The notes under the pieces: generated by a model
Databases searched by the model: none
What the model was told of the DNA's origin: nothing
What the model saw: the letters and a program-made list of their open reading frames with translations, nothing else
Shown here: one piece after another, positions 1-8,789 of the stretch
Layout: each line of letters opens with the position of its first letter
How positions within the stretch are numbered: position 1 is the stretch's first letter
Position numbers and translations under genes: made by a program
Origin: Christensenellaceae bacterium
GTDB lineage: Bacteria; Bacillota; Clostridia; Christensenellales; Borkfalkiaceae
Reading direction: 5' to 3'
DNA length: 64,000 nucleotides
Assembly (NCBI GenBank): GCA_045590475.1
Contig: JAZNQZ010000038.1
Coordinates: 1,700 to 65,699 of the forward strand

Positions 1-1653
1 CCTAAGAAAGAAATAGAACCTAAACTTGACGGGGAATCGTTAGGTTTTACAAGTAGGGTTAATGCTGATGGAAATTCTTTGTCGCGTAGGGAAAGGGCGT
101 TTAACTTTGATAAAAAAGAAGAAACGGTGACCGAAGAACCACCGAAAAAAGAAGCCCCACCAATTAATAGAGAATATTTCCGTCCACCACTTGATTTACT
201 TGAAAATTACGCTCCACCTATCGATGCACCAAAGGAAAATCACGAAGAGCGTCAACAAATAATTCAAAGCACCTTAGAACAATTCCGTATTAACGCAATT
301 CCAAGAAGTTTCGTTCAAGGTCCGTCTATTACCCGTTATGAGATTGAAATGCCTGCAGGTATTTCGGTAAAGAAAGTTTTGGGCTATGACGACGATTTGA
401 AAATGAGATTAAAGTCTAAAGAAGGGGTGCGTATTGAAGCGCCTATTCCTGGTAAAGACTTAGTTGGTATAGAAGTTGCAAACAACGTTAAAACAACCGT
501 TGGCTTAAGGGAAATTTTGGAAGGCTTTGCCGAACAAAATTCTAAAGAAGGTGCGCTTATGTTCGCACTCGGTAAAGACTTGGTTGGTAAATGTATCGTT
601 GACGACCTTTCAAAAGGCCCACACTATTTGGTTGCAGGTGCAACGGGTTCGGGAAAGAGCGTATGCTTAAATCTTATGATTGTAAGTTTAATTATGCGTT
701 ATAGTCCGGAAGATTTAAGACTTATCTTGGTTGACCCGAAAGGCGTTGAATTCGTTAACTACGAACATATTCCACACCTTATGATTGATGAAATTATAAC
801 CGAGCCGAAAAAGGCGTTGGCAGTTCTTTCTTGGGCGTATGCTGAAATGGAAAGAAGATTTTCTGTTTTCCGTGAAAACGGTGGTGGTTTAGTCGTTGAC
901 ATCGATTCTTATAATAAAGTCGTTGCAAGTGATACGGTTGCTAAAATGCCTAGAATAGTTATTATTATTGACGAATTGGCAGACCTTATGGAGACTTGCA
1001 AAAAAGATTTAGAATCAAGAATTCGCGCTATCGCTCAAAAGGCGCGTGCCGCTGGCATTCACCTAGTTTTAGCGACGCAAAGACCGTCGGTTGATATTAT
1101 CACGGGCACGATTAAAGCAAATTTACCATCAAGAATTGCGTTTAAGGTAACAAACTTTAACGACTCTCAAACGATATTGAACGAAGCGGGCGCTGAAAAA
1201 CTTTTAGGTAACGGCGATATGCTTTATAGAACTGCGCGTATGTCTTCAACCGAAAGATATCAAGGTGGTTATATCAGTAGCCGTGAAGTTAATAGTGTGG
1301 TTACTTATATCAAAGAAAAGAACGTCGCTTATTTTGACGACGAACTTACTCAATACTTGGAAAGGGAAACTAAACCTAAACAAGAAGAAGTTTCAGCAAC
1401 TGAAGACGGTGGCGATGAAGCAAATGAAGTTAACGAATTTTTCTTAAAAGCATTGTGGCTTGCCGTTAACACTGAAACGGTTTCCATTTCACAACTTCAA
1501 AGGCGCTTCCAAATCGGTTATTCTCGTGCCGGTGGCTTGGTTGATAAAATGGAAAGAATGGGCTTCGTTTCTCCTAACGAAGGCAGTAAGGCTCGTAGAG
1601 TGCTTTTAACTAGAGAAGAATTTGAAGAAAGATTTGGGCAAATGCCTGACTAA
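1..1653 (+). CDS. ftsK: DNA translocase FtsK/SpoIIIE, C-terminal part (5' end lies outside the window)
   Basis: Frame 1 is open from nt 1, with no stop before the listed TTG at 79. Walker A GATGSGKS, Walker B-like IVIIIDELADLM, and a C-terminal winged-helix gamma domain (SISQLQRRFQIGYSRAGGLVDKME). No N-terminal TM segments are present, so the gene is truncated by the window edge. Confidence 0.9.
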   Translation, partial: PKKEIEPKLDGESLGFTSRVNADGNSLSRRERAFNFDKKEETVTEEPPKKEAPPINREYFRPPLDLLENYAPPIDAPKENHEERQQIIQSTLEQFRINAIPRSFVQGPSITRYEIEMPAGISVKKVLGYDDDLKMRLKSKEGVRIEAPIPGKDLVGIEVANNVKTTVGLREILEGFAEQNSKEGALMFALGKDLVGKCIVDDLSKGPHYLVAGATGSGKSVCLNLMIVSLIMRYSPEDLRLILVDPKGVEFVNYEHIPHLMIDEIITEPKKALAVLSWAYAEMERRFSVFRENGGGLVVDIDSYNKVVASDTVAKMPRIVIIIDELADLMETCKKDLESRIRAIAQKARAAGIHLVLATQRPSVDIITGTIKANLPSRIAFKVTNFNDSQTILNEAGAEKLLGNGDMLYRTARMSSTERYQGGYISSREVNSVVTYIKEKNVAYFDDELTQYLERETKPKQEEVSATEDGGDEANEVNEFFLKALWLAVNTETVSISQLQRRFQIGYSRAGGLVDKMERMGFVSPNEGSKARRVLLTREEFEERFGQMPD

Positions 1654-1664
1654 ATAGGTGCTTT

Positions 1665-2981
1665 ATGATAAAAGGAAAACGCATAGGCGTGATTTCTTTA
1701 GGGTGTGATAAAAATCGCGTTGACACTGAAAAAATGCTCTCTATCATTTCTAAAGAGCATAAAATCGTTAACGAAGTGGAAAATGCGGAAATTATCGTTA
1801 TCAACACTTGCGCTTTTTTGCAAAGTTCAAGGGAAGAAGCAATAAGTGAAATTTTTAGCGCAAACGAATATAGAAAAATAGGAAAACTTGAAAAACTTAT
1901 AGTTACGGGATGTTTACCACAAAAATTTATCGATGATATTTTTAGTGAACTCGTAGAAGTCGACGCTTTTTTGGGCGTTAGTGATTACGATAAAATTTTA
2001 CAAGTAATCGATAAAATTTATTTGGGTGAAAGGGTAAATGCAGTTGGTAAGCCCAATAAAGAGTGTGGAAAAGAAAGATATCTAACTACCGATAATTATG
2101 CTTATCTTAAAATTGCTGACGGTTGCTCTAATCACTGTACATATTGTTTAATTCCTTATATTCGTGGAAAATATCGTTCAGTTCCACTTGCTGATTTAAT
2201 TGAAGAAGCAAAGAGTTTAAAAAATATCGGCGAACTTATTTTGGTCGCGCAAGATACGGCTAAATATGGGCTTGATTTAGATGAAAAAACTTCACTAGTA
2301 ACTCTAATTAAAAGCATTTCAAAATTAGACAACGTTAAAAAGATTAGACTTCTTTATTGCTACCCAGAAAATATTACGGAAGAACTAATTGAAGAGATTA
2401 AGTTAAACGAAAAGGTCGTTAAGTACATTGATATGCCTTTACAACACGCTGACGACGCGGTGTTAAAATTAATGAACCGAAAAGGTACGGGTGAGATTTA
2501 CTTAAACCTTATTAAAAAACTAAGAAGAGAAATTCCCGATATCGCAATTCGTTCTACTTTTATCACGGGTTTCCCTAGAGAGAGTGAAGAAGCCTTTAAC
2601 AATTTAATCAACTTTATCAAAAAAGCAAAACTTTTTAACGCTGGATTTTTTGCTTATAGTAGAGAAGAAGGTACTCCCGCATATAGATTAAGTGGGCAAA
2701 TCGATGAAAAAGTTAAAGAAAAGAGATTGAAAAAACTCTATGAAGTGCAAAAGAAAATAGTTGAAAAAAACAATGCTAAATTAGTTGATAAAACCTTTTC
2801 GGTTATTGCCGAAGGTTTTGATGAAAACGAACTTGTTTATTACGGAAGGGCTTATTTTAACGCACCGGATATCGACGGAAAAATTTACTTTTTTTCTAGT
2901 GAAGAAGTTAATTACGGCGAATATTATCAGGTTAAAATAACCCAATCTACAGGGTACGACTTATACGGAGAAAGACTATGA
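1665..2981 (+). CDS. rimO: Ribosomal protein S12 methylthiotransferase RimO (radical SAM MTTase)
   Basis: N-terminal MTTase domain (VISLGCDKNRVDTE), radical SAM CSNHCTYC (CxxxCxxC), C-terminal TRAM-like domain. The stop overlaps the pgsA start (ATGA). Confidence 0.88.
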   Translation: MIKGKRIGVISLGCDKNRVDTEKMLSIISKEHKIVNEVENAEIIVINTCAFLQSSREEAISEIFSANEYRKIGKLEKLIVTGCLPQKFIDDIFSELVEVDAFLGVSDYDKILQVIDKIYLGERVNAVGKPNKECGKERYLTTDNYAYLKIADGCSNHCTYCLIPYIRGKYRSVPLADLIEEAKSLKNIGELILVAQDTAKYGLDLDEKTSLVTLIKSISKLDNVKKIRLLYCYPENITEELIEEIKLNEKVVKYIDMPLQHADDAVLKLMNRKGTGEIYLNLIKKLRREIPDIAIRSTFITGFPRESEEAFNNLINFIKKAKLFNAGFFAYSREEGTPAYRLSGQIDEKVKEKRLKKLYEVQKKIVEKNNAKLVDKTFSVIAEGFDENELVYYGRAYFNAPDIDGKIYFFSSEEVNYGEYYQVKITQSTGYDLYGERL

Positions 2982-3553
2982 ATTTACCAACAAAACTCAC
3001 TATTTTAAGAATTATTATGATACCCGTTTTCGTTGCGGTATATTTTATTCCAGCAATTCCATATAACTTTTTAATTTCTGCGATAATTTTCGTGTTAGCC
3101 TCTTTTACTGACTTTTTGGACGGATATATCGCTAGAAAATATAATTTAGTTACCGATTTGGGTAAGTTTTTAGACCCGATTGCCGATAAGGTTTTAGTTT
3201 CAACTGCTCTTATCGTTATGCTAGTTCCGGTTGGTGGAACTTTAATCGTGCCAAGTTACGCTTCTATTGCAGTTGCAATAATTTTAGCGAGAGAACTTGT
3301 AGTTAGTGGGTTTAGAATGGTTGCCGCGTCAAAAGGTATGGTTATTGCCGCTGATAAGTCTGGAAAGGTTAAAACCTTTATTCAAGACGTTGCGATTGCA
3401 GTGCTTTTGGCTGGGGCAGACTTAATGCCTAAGGGGTACTCTGGATTTAATATTTTAGGTTTAGTATTGTTAGCGATAGCAACTCTTCTAACCATTATTT
3501 CAGGGGTAGAGTGCATAGTTAAAAATATAGCCGTTTTAAAGGATAACAAATGA
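2978..3553 (+). CDS. pgsA: CDP-diacylglycerol--glycerol-3-phosphate 3-phosphatidyltransferase
   Basis: CDP-alcohol phosphotransferase motif DFLDGYIARKYNLVTDLGKFLDPIADK, multiple TM helices, conserved position upstream of cinA-recA. Confidence 0.9.
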   Translation: MNLPTKLTILRIIMIPVFVAVYFIPAIPYNFLISAIIFVLASFTDFLDGYIARKYNLVTDLGKFLDPIADKVLVSTALIVMLVPVGGTLIVPSYASIAVAIILARELVVSGFRMVAASKGMVIAADKSGKVKTFIQDVAIAVLLAGADLMPKGYSGFNILGLVLLAIATLLTIISGVECIVKNIAVLKDNK

Positions 3554-4755
3554 AAACTGCGTTGATGCTTTTTAAATCTTTTTCCCAATGCTTTGACGGA
3601 GAATATTATGAAAAGGTAATTTCTTCGCTTATAAGTGGGGGATTAGAACTTGAAATCGTTGAAACTTTATCTTTAGATGACGAGAGAACTTTTAGGCACA
3701 GAATTGATGAGTTCAAAGATACGGTTGATAGTTTAATTATTCTTGCTAACGATAAAATTTCTTTTGATTTTAAGGAAATTATTGCTGAAAAATTAGAAAC
3801 AGCCTTAATGGAAAATGAGAACGCAAAAATGTTTCTTGACGCCGTTTCTAAAAACGATGGAAAAGATTATTCTAAAAATTACGCGCTTCTTCCTTTGGAA
3901 GCAACGGTAGTTCCTAATATTAAGGGCGCATTTCAAGGTTTTATCGTCGACTTAAACGAATTTACTGCAGTAGTTTTACCTGAGAAGTTCGACGAGTTTA
4001 AGCCTATGTGCGATAAATATGTTTTACCTTATTTAGAAAATAAGTTTGGGCTTGAAAATAACCGTTTAACCTTAAAATATTTTGGTGAAGAAAAAGAATT
4101 AAATAGAGTGCTTTTAGACGCTACTAAAGATTACGACGGCTTAAAGTACAACGTCTATAAAAAGAACGGCGATTTTTCAATCGACTTATTGTTTGAAAGT
4201 ACGATTTTAAAGCAATTAAAACAACAAATCGTTAGAAAAATAGTTGGGGAATTAAAGGAAAATATTTACGCCGAGTTTGACACTTCCTTGGCAGAAAGGC
4301 TTTTTGACCTTTTAAAACTAAAAAAAGTGAAAATTTCGGTCGCTGAATCGTTTACGGGTGGAAGAGTAGTCGCTGATATTATTAAAAATCCGGGCGCTTC
4401 ATCTTTCGTTCAAGAAGGTGTTGTAACTTATTCTAATTTAAGCAAGATTAAAAGACTAGGTGTAAACGATTTTGATTTACATAAAAACGGCGCGGTAAGT
4501 TCAGTGGTTGCATATCAAATGGCTGTGGGACTTTTGCGTTCGGGTGAATGTGATATTGCCGTTTCTACAACGGGTATTGCAGGACCAAAAAGCGACGATA
4601 CGGATAAACCCGTAGGGTTATGTTATATTGGCGTTGGAATGAAAGACGGCGTTCATACTTATAAACTTAATCTTTCGGGAAATAGAGAGGAAATAACCGA
4701 AACGGCAAAAAATACTGCGCTGTTTTTGGCGATTAAAAAATTAAAAAATATATAG
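3550..4755 (+). CDS. cinA: CinA family protein. The C-terminal PncC/NMN-amidohydrolase-like domain is clear; the N-terminal domain is divergent.
   Basis: C-terminal half reads VAESFTGGRVVADIIKNPGASSFVQEGVVTYSN...VSTTGIAGP...GLCYIG, typical of CinA_C. Position directly upstream of recA. The N-terminal 240 aa lacks the usual GTELL / TGGLGPT motifs. Confidence 0.8.
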   Translation: MKTALMLFKSFSQCFDGEYYEKVISSLISGGLELEIVETLSLDDERTFRHRIDEFKDTVDSLIILANDKISFDFKEIIAEKLETALMENENAKMFLDAVSKNDGKDYSKNYALLPLEATVVPNIKGAFQGFIVDLNEFTAVVLPEKFDEFKPMCDKYVLPYLENKFGLENNRLTLKYFGEEKELNRVLLDATKDYDGLKYNVYKKNGDFSIDLLFESTILKQLKQQIVRKIVGELKENIYAEFDTSLAERLFDLLKLKKVKISVAESFTGGRVVADIIKNPGASSFVQEGVVTYSNLSKIKRLGVNDFDLHKNGAVSSVVAYQMAVGLLRSGECDIAVSTTGIAGPKSDDTDKPVGLCYIGVGMKDGVHTYKLNLSGNREEITETAKNTALFLAIKKLKNI

Positions 4756-4767
4756 AGGAAGAAAATA

Positions 4768-5763
4768 ATGGATGAATCTAAGATTAAAGCGCTTGACGGT
4801 GTGATGGCGCAAATTGAAAAACAATATGGCAAAGGCGCAATTATGCGCTTAGGTCAAGCCGCAGGCGATACTAATATCGAAGTTTTACCTACAGGTTGCT
4901 TGTCGTTAGACTTGGCAATCGGCGTTGGTGGACTTCCACGCGGAAGAATTATTGAAATTTACGGACCTGAATCTTCAGGTAAAACAACGGTTGCTCTTCA
5001 CTGTATAGCAGAAACTCAAAAAGCAGGCGGAATTGCCGCTTTCGTTGACGCTGAACACGCACTTGACCCCGTTTATGCAAAAGCGTTAGGCGTAAATCTT
5101 GATGAACTTTACGTTTCTCAACCAGATACGGGTGAACAAGCCCTTGATATCACAGCGTCATTAGTTAACAGTAAGGCTGTGGATATTATCGTAGTCGACT
5201 CTGTTGCCGCTCTTACCCCAAAGGCTGAAATCGAAGGGGATATGGGGGATTCTCACGTTGGTTTACAAGCAAGACTTATGAGCCAAGCGTTAAGAAAACT
5301 TACGGCAATTACCAACAAGAGTAAAACTTGTATTATCTTTATCAACCAACTTCGTGAAAAGGTTGGCGTGATGTTTGGAAACCCAGAAGTTACCGCGGGT
5401 GGTAAGGCGTTAAAGTTCTATGCTAGCGTTAGAATAGACGTTCGTAAAGCAGACGCACTTAAAGGAACTGACGGCGCTTACGGTAATCACACAAAGGCGA
5501 AAATCGTTAAAAATAAAGTTGCTCCACCATTTAAAACTGCAGAGTTTGATATCATTTTTGGAAAAGGTATTTCTAATGGAAGTTGCCTAGTAGATTTAGG
5601 ACTTCAATATGAAATTTTGCAAAAGAGTGGTTCGTGGTTTTCTTACAACGGCGAAAAGATTGCTCAAGGCAGAGAAAAGGCTGTTGATTACTTAGAATTA
5701 AACCCTGAAGTTGCAGAAGAAATTAAAAATAAAATTATGGAAGCATTTAAGAATAAACAATAA
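4768..5763 (+). CDS. recA: Recombinase RecA
   Basis: Walker [40 protein letters not shown], typical length of 331 aa. Confidence 0.97.
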   Translation: MDESKIKALDGVMAQIEKQYGKGAIMRLGQAAGDTNIEVLPTGCLSLDLAIGVGGLPRGRIIEIYGPESSGKTTVALHCIAETQKAGGIAAFVDAEHALDPVYAKALGVNLDELYVSQPDTGEQALDITASLVNSKAVDIIVVDSVAALTPKAEIEGDMGDSHVGLQARLMSQALRKLTAITNKSKTCIIFINQLREKVGVMFGNPEVTAGGKALKFYASVRIDVRKADALKGTDGAYGNHTKAKIVKNKVAPPFKTAEFDIIFGKGISNGSCLVDLGLQYEILQKSGSWFSYNGEKIAQGREKAVDYLELNPEVAEEIKNKIMEAFKNKQ

Positions 5764-5780
5764 TAATCCTTATAATAAGA

Positions 5781-5809
5781 TTGACTTTTTTATCAATAAG
5801 GTTTATAAT
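5781..5809 (+). promoter_or_regulatory. Sigma-70-type promoter candidate for rny (TTGACT-17 nt-TATAAT)
   Basis: TTGACT at 5781-5786, 17-nt spacer, TATAAT at 5804-5809, about 70 nt upstream of the rny ATG. Confidence 0.55.
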
Positions 5810-5877
5810 TAAATTAGGTTAAAAAAGCGCGATATGTTTGCGCTTGATAATAAAAAATAACAGGAGGGCATAGTAAT

Positions 5878-7500
5878 ATGCAAAATTTTAACTACAGCTC
5901 CCTGTTCTTGGCTAACGGTGGAATCGATACTTGGATGTTGATTTCGATTGCCGTAGCGTTTTTGGCAATAGTTGCGTCTATTCTTTGTTGGGTTATAAGC
6001 GCTAAGAGCGTAACCAAAAAATTTGAAAAAGAACAAGGTAATATCGACGCACAACGTAATAGAATGCTTGACGACGTAAGAGAAGAAAGCAAAGCTATTA
6101 AAAAAGAAGCTATTTTAGAAGCGAAAGAACAGGAAATTAAACTTCGCAACGAATTTGAACGCGAATCTAAAGAGAAACGCGCAGAACTTCAAAAATTGGA
6201 AAATAGACTCAACCAAAAGGAAGAGACTTTAGAAAAGAAAGAAGATAATTTAGCGAAGCGAAACGAAGAAACTACAAGACAACAAAACGCTTTAAAGGTA
6301 AAAGAACTTGAACTTGATAAGCGCATTGAAGAAATTGCGGCTCAACACGAAAAAATGGTGGAAGAGTTCGAAAAAATTTCTCAAATGAGCAGAGAAGAAG
6401 CAAAAGAACAACTTATCAATTCTATTACTGACGAAGCAAAACGCGATGCTGCAGGTATGGTTAAAAATATCGAAGCAGAAGCGAAAGAAAACGGTGAAAG
6501 AAAGGCTAAAGAAATCGTAAGCCTTGCAATTCAAAAATGTTCAACCGAACAAGCAACGGAAATAACCGTATCCGTTGTACCACTACCTAGCGACGATATG
6601 AAAGCAAGGATTATCGGTAGAGAAGGTAGAAACATTAGAACTTTAGAAAATGCAACGGGTATTGAACTTATAATTGACGATACGCCTGAAGTCGTTATCG
6701 TTTCTGGGTTTGACCCCGTTCGTAGAGAAGTGGCAAGAATTGCTCTTGAAAAACTTATTCAAGACGGAAGAATTCACCCTGCAAGAATTGAAGAAACGGT
6801 TGAAAAAGTTAAAAAAGAACTTGACCAACAAATCAAAGAAGCAGGCGAAGCCGCTATGTATGAATGCAAGATTTTCGGGCTTCACCCTGAAATCGTTAAA
6901 CTTTTAGGAAGATTAAAATTCCGTACAAGTTACGGTCAAAACGTGCTAAAACACTCAATTGAAGTTGCCCACTTAGCAGGCGTTATGGCTGCTGAACTTG
7001 GTGTTGATGAAACTTTGGCAAAACGCGCTGGTCTTCTTCACGACTTGGGTAAAGCCGTTGACTTTGAAATTGAAGGAACGCACATGCAAATCGGTGCTGA
7101 CCTTGCTAAAAAATATAGAGAAAATAATAGCGTTATTAACGCAATTCTTTCTCACCATGGTGACGTTGAACCAAAAACTATCGAAGCAATTTTAGTTCAA
7201 TCAGCCGATGCTATCTCAGGTGCTAGACCTGGTGCAAGACGTGAAACTACAACTAACTACGTTAAAAGATTGCAAAAACTTGAAGAAATTTCAAGTGGAT
7301 TTAAGGGCGTTGAAAAGTGCTATGCAATTCAGGCTGGTAGAGAAGTTCGCGTTATGGTTAAACCTGAACAAGTTAACGATTCTCAAACCTTATTCCTAGC
7401 AAAAGAAATCGCTAAAAAGATTGAACAAGAAATGGAATATCCTGGTCAAATTAAAGTAAACGTTATTAGGGAATGGCGCGCAACTGAATTCGCTAAATAA
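5878..7500 (+). CDS. rny: Ribonuclease Y
   Basis: N-terminal TM helix, long charged coiled coil, KH domain ([13 protein letters not shown]), HD domain (LLHDLGKA...SHHGD). Position after recA as in Bacillus (ymdA). Confidence 0.95.
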   Translation: MQNFNYSSLFLANGGIDTWMLISIAVAFLAIVASILCWVISAKSVTKKFEKEQGNIDAQRNRMLDDVREESKAIKKEAILEAKEQEIKLRNEFERESKEKRAELQKLENRLNQKEETLEKKEDNLAKRNEETTRQQNALKVKELELDKRIEEIAAQHEKMVEEFEKISQMSREEAKEQLINSITDEAKRDAAGMVKNIEAEAKENGERKAKEIVSLAIQKCSTEQATEITVSVVPLPSDDMKARIIGREGRNIRTLENATGIELIIDDTPEVVIVSGFDPVRREVARIALEKLIQDGRIHPARIEETVEKVKKELDQQIKEAGEAAMYECKIFGLHPEIVKLLGRLKFRTSYGQNVLKHSIEVAHLAGVMAAELGVDETLAKRAGLLHDLGKAVDFEIEGTHMQIGADLAKKYRENNSVINAILSHHGDVEPKTIEAILVQSADAISGARPGARRETTTNYVKRLQKLEEISSGFKGVEKCYAIQAGREVRVMVKPEQVNDSQTLFLAKEIAKKIEQEMEYPGQIKVNVIREWRATEFAK

Positions 7501-7505
7501 CGCTT

Positions 7506-7552
7506 ATAAACGGCGAAAAACTGCGTTTACTGCTTATATAAATTGAATTCGA
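7506..7552 (+). repeat. Direct repeat copy 1 (~47 nt) in the rny-mgsA intergenic region
   Basis: ataaacggcgaaaaactgcgtttactgcttatataaattgaattcga. It aligns to copy 2 at 7628-7676 with a few substitutions and two 1-nt indels (alignment by eye). Confidence 0.7.
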
Positions 7553-7627
7553 TAACCAAAAAGGTTAATCTCATCCAATTTATAACGCGAGCCTTGTTTT
7601 TCTTGTTTCTAACCGTTATTTACTAGT

Positions 7628-7676
7628 GTAAAACGGCGCAATACTGCGTTACTGCTTTTATATAAATTGAATTTGA
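7628..7676 (+). repeat. Direct repeat copy 2 (~49 nt) in the rny-mgsA intergenic region
   Basis: gtaaaacggcgcaatactgcgttactgcttttatataaattgaatttga. It shares cggcg-N-actgcgtt-actgctt-tatataaattgaatt with copy 1. Confidence 0.7.
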
Positions 7677-7700
7677 CTAAATTAAAAAACTAAATAAAAA

Positions 7701-7726
7701 AGGGCGACGCAGTCGCCCTTATTTTT
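7701..7726 (+). terminator. Rho-independent terminator downstream of rny
   Basis: agggcgac/gtcgccct 8-bp GC-rich stem with a short loop, followed by ttattttt. Confidence 0.75.
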
Positions 7727-7753
7727 AAAAATAAATTAAAACAGAGGATAAAT

Positions 7754-8134
7754 ATGAAAAAATTTAAAACTCTTGCACTTATCGCTCACGATAATAAAAA
7801 GCAAGAAATGATTGATTGGGCAAAAAAGAACGAACAAGTTCTTTCGTGTTTTTCACTTTGTGGAACGGGAACTACTGCTAAGCGCGTTGCCGAAGCCACG
7901 GGTTTAACGGTAAAAGGTTATTTTTCAGGTCCACTTGGTGGAGACCAACAAATCGGTGCAAAAGTTGCAGAAGGGGAAATTGATATCGTTGTTTTCTTTT
8001 GCGACCCTTTGCAAGCGCAACCGCACGACCCTGACGTTAAGGCGCTTCTTAGAATTGCTAACGTATATAACGTTGCAATCGCAACAAATCCCGCAACTGC
8101 CGATTTAGTTATAACTTCTTCACTTATTAAATAG
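7754..8134 (+). CDS. mgsA: Methylglyoxal synthase
   Basis: LIAHDNKK, GTGTTAKRV, GPLGGDQQIGA, DP...QPHDPDVKALLR motifs. 126 aa. Confidence 0.9.
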   Translation: MKKFKTLALIAHDNKKQEMIDWAKKNEQVLSCFSLCGTGTTAKRVAEATGLTVKGYFSGPLGGDQQIGAKVAEGEIDIVVFFCDPLQAQPHDPDVKALLRIANVYNVAIATNPATADLVITSSLIK

Positions 8135-8576
8135 CGTCAACGGGAATTTTAACAACTACCTTTTTTAAGGCTACGGGGCTATCTTTTGCGATACATTGAT
8201 GAAGGTCGTTCGGGAACATAATTGCAAAAGAGCCTTCTAATAATTCGTCGCTTGAATATTCTTTTGGAGAGTAGAAAATAACGTCTTTAACGTCGTTATA
8301 TTCGGTAATAGGTTGGTTTTCGCCTTTATCTACTGAAATAACGGTTTCTACGCCTTTATGGATATATTGAAGGTCAAGATATTTAACGTGCGCTTCCATT
8401 TTAACTTCGGTTAAAGGTTTGGTTTCATACGCTTGAACTTTTGCAAAAGTTCCGTCTAAAATATCGTGCGTACCAACTTCCTTTTCTTCAGCGTTGATTA
8501 AGAAATTTTTAATTGCAGAAGCAAGTTTTTTGTTTGTAAAATATTTTTCAATGTTAGAAAGTTTGTCAATAATCAT
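8127..8576 (-). CDS. YhcH/YjgK/YiaL (DUF386, EbgC-like) family protein
   Basis: 149-aa beta-sandwich-like protein resembling this family from memory (MIIDKLSNIEKY..., ...FAIMFPNDLHQC...). SD ggagat upstream of the ATG. Its stop overlaps the mgsA stop region by 8 nt (convergent genes). Confidence 0.7.
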   Translation of the reverse strand: MIIDKLSNIEKYFTNKKLASAIKNFLINAEEKEVGTHDILDGTFAKVQAYETKPLTEVKMEAHVKYLDLQYIHKGVETVISVDKGENQPITEYNDVKDVIFYSPKEYSSDELLEGSFAIMFPNDLHQCIAKDSPVALKKVVVKIPVDAI

Positions 8577-8726
8577 AATGGTTAATCTCCTTAAATTTGT
8601 ATATTAAAAGTTTAACACAAATTATAAATATTTTCAAGAGAAACGATAATAAAAACTTTTTACTTTAACTAATTAACTTAAAAAGGCTTAAAACATATAA
8701 GAATAAACTAATTTATAAAGAAATAA

Positions 8727-8755
8727 TTGACAATATTCGCTAATAATGGTAAAAT
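8727..8755 (+). promoter_or_regulatory. Sigma-70-type promoter candidate for the glutamine synthetase gene (TTGACA-17-TGnTAAAAT)
   Basis: TTGACA at 8727-8732, 17-nt spacer, extended -10 tggTAAAAT ending at 8755, about 35 nt upstream of the ATG at 8790. Confidence 0.6.
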
Positions 8756-8769
8756 TTTATTATTAGCGA
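8737..8769. promoter_or_regulatory. Perfect 11-bp inverted repeat (candidate operator) spanning the -10 element
   Basis: tcgctaataat (8737-8747), 11 nt, attattagcga (8759-8769). The arms are exact reverse complements and the spacer contains the TAAAAT -10. Confidence 0.6.
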
Positions 8770-8789
8770 TTATTTTTTAAGGAGTCACT

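Noticed and set aside
4756-4767. LexA/SOS (Cheo box CGAAC-N4-GTTCG) operator for recA.
   Set aside because: The cinA-recA spacer is only 12 nt and contains no such site. I did not find a clear Cheo box while reading the cinA 3' region, so no call is made. A pattern search over 2900-4770 would settle it.
5809-7399. Multiple 60-85-aa ORFs on both strands within and around rny (5809-6054, 5892-6149, 6292-6534, 6643-6885, 6674-6907, 6973-7158, 6998-7195, 7208-7399).
   Set aside because: They overlap the strongly supported RNase Y frame. Lys/Glu-rich coiled-coil coding sequence generates open alternative frames by chance.
7506-7676. Possible CRISPR-like array, suggested by the repeated ~47-nt module.
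   Set aside because: There are only two copies, they are imperfect, they are about 122 nt apart, there are no cas genes, and the repeats lack a CRISPR-like palindromic core. They are reported as a plain direct repeat instead.
8598-8617. GlnR/TnrA-like site (tgtat...taaca) in the yhcH-glnN intergenic region.
   Set aside because: The half-sites span 20 nt rather than the 17-nt TGTNA-N7-TNACA, and the left half deviates at position 5. This is not a convincing match.
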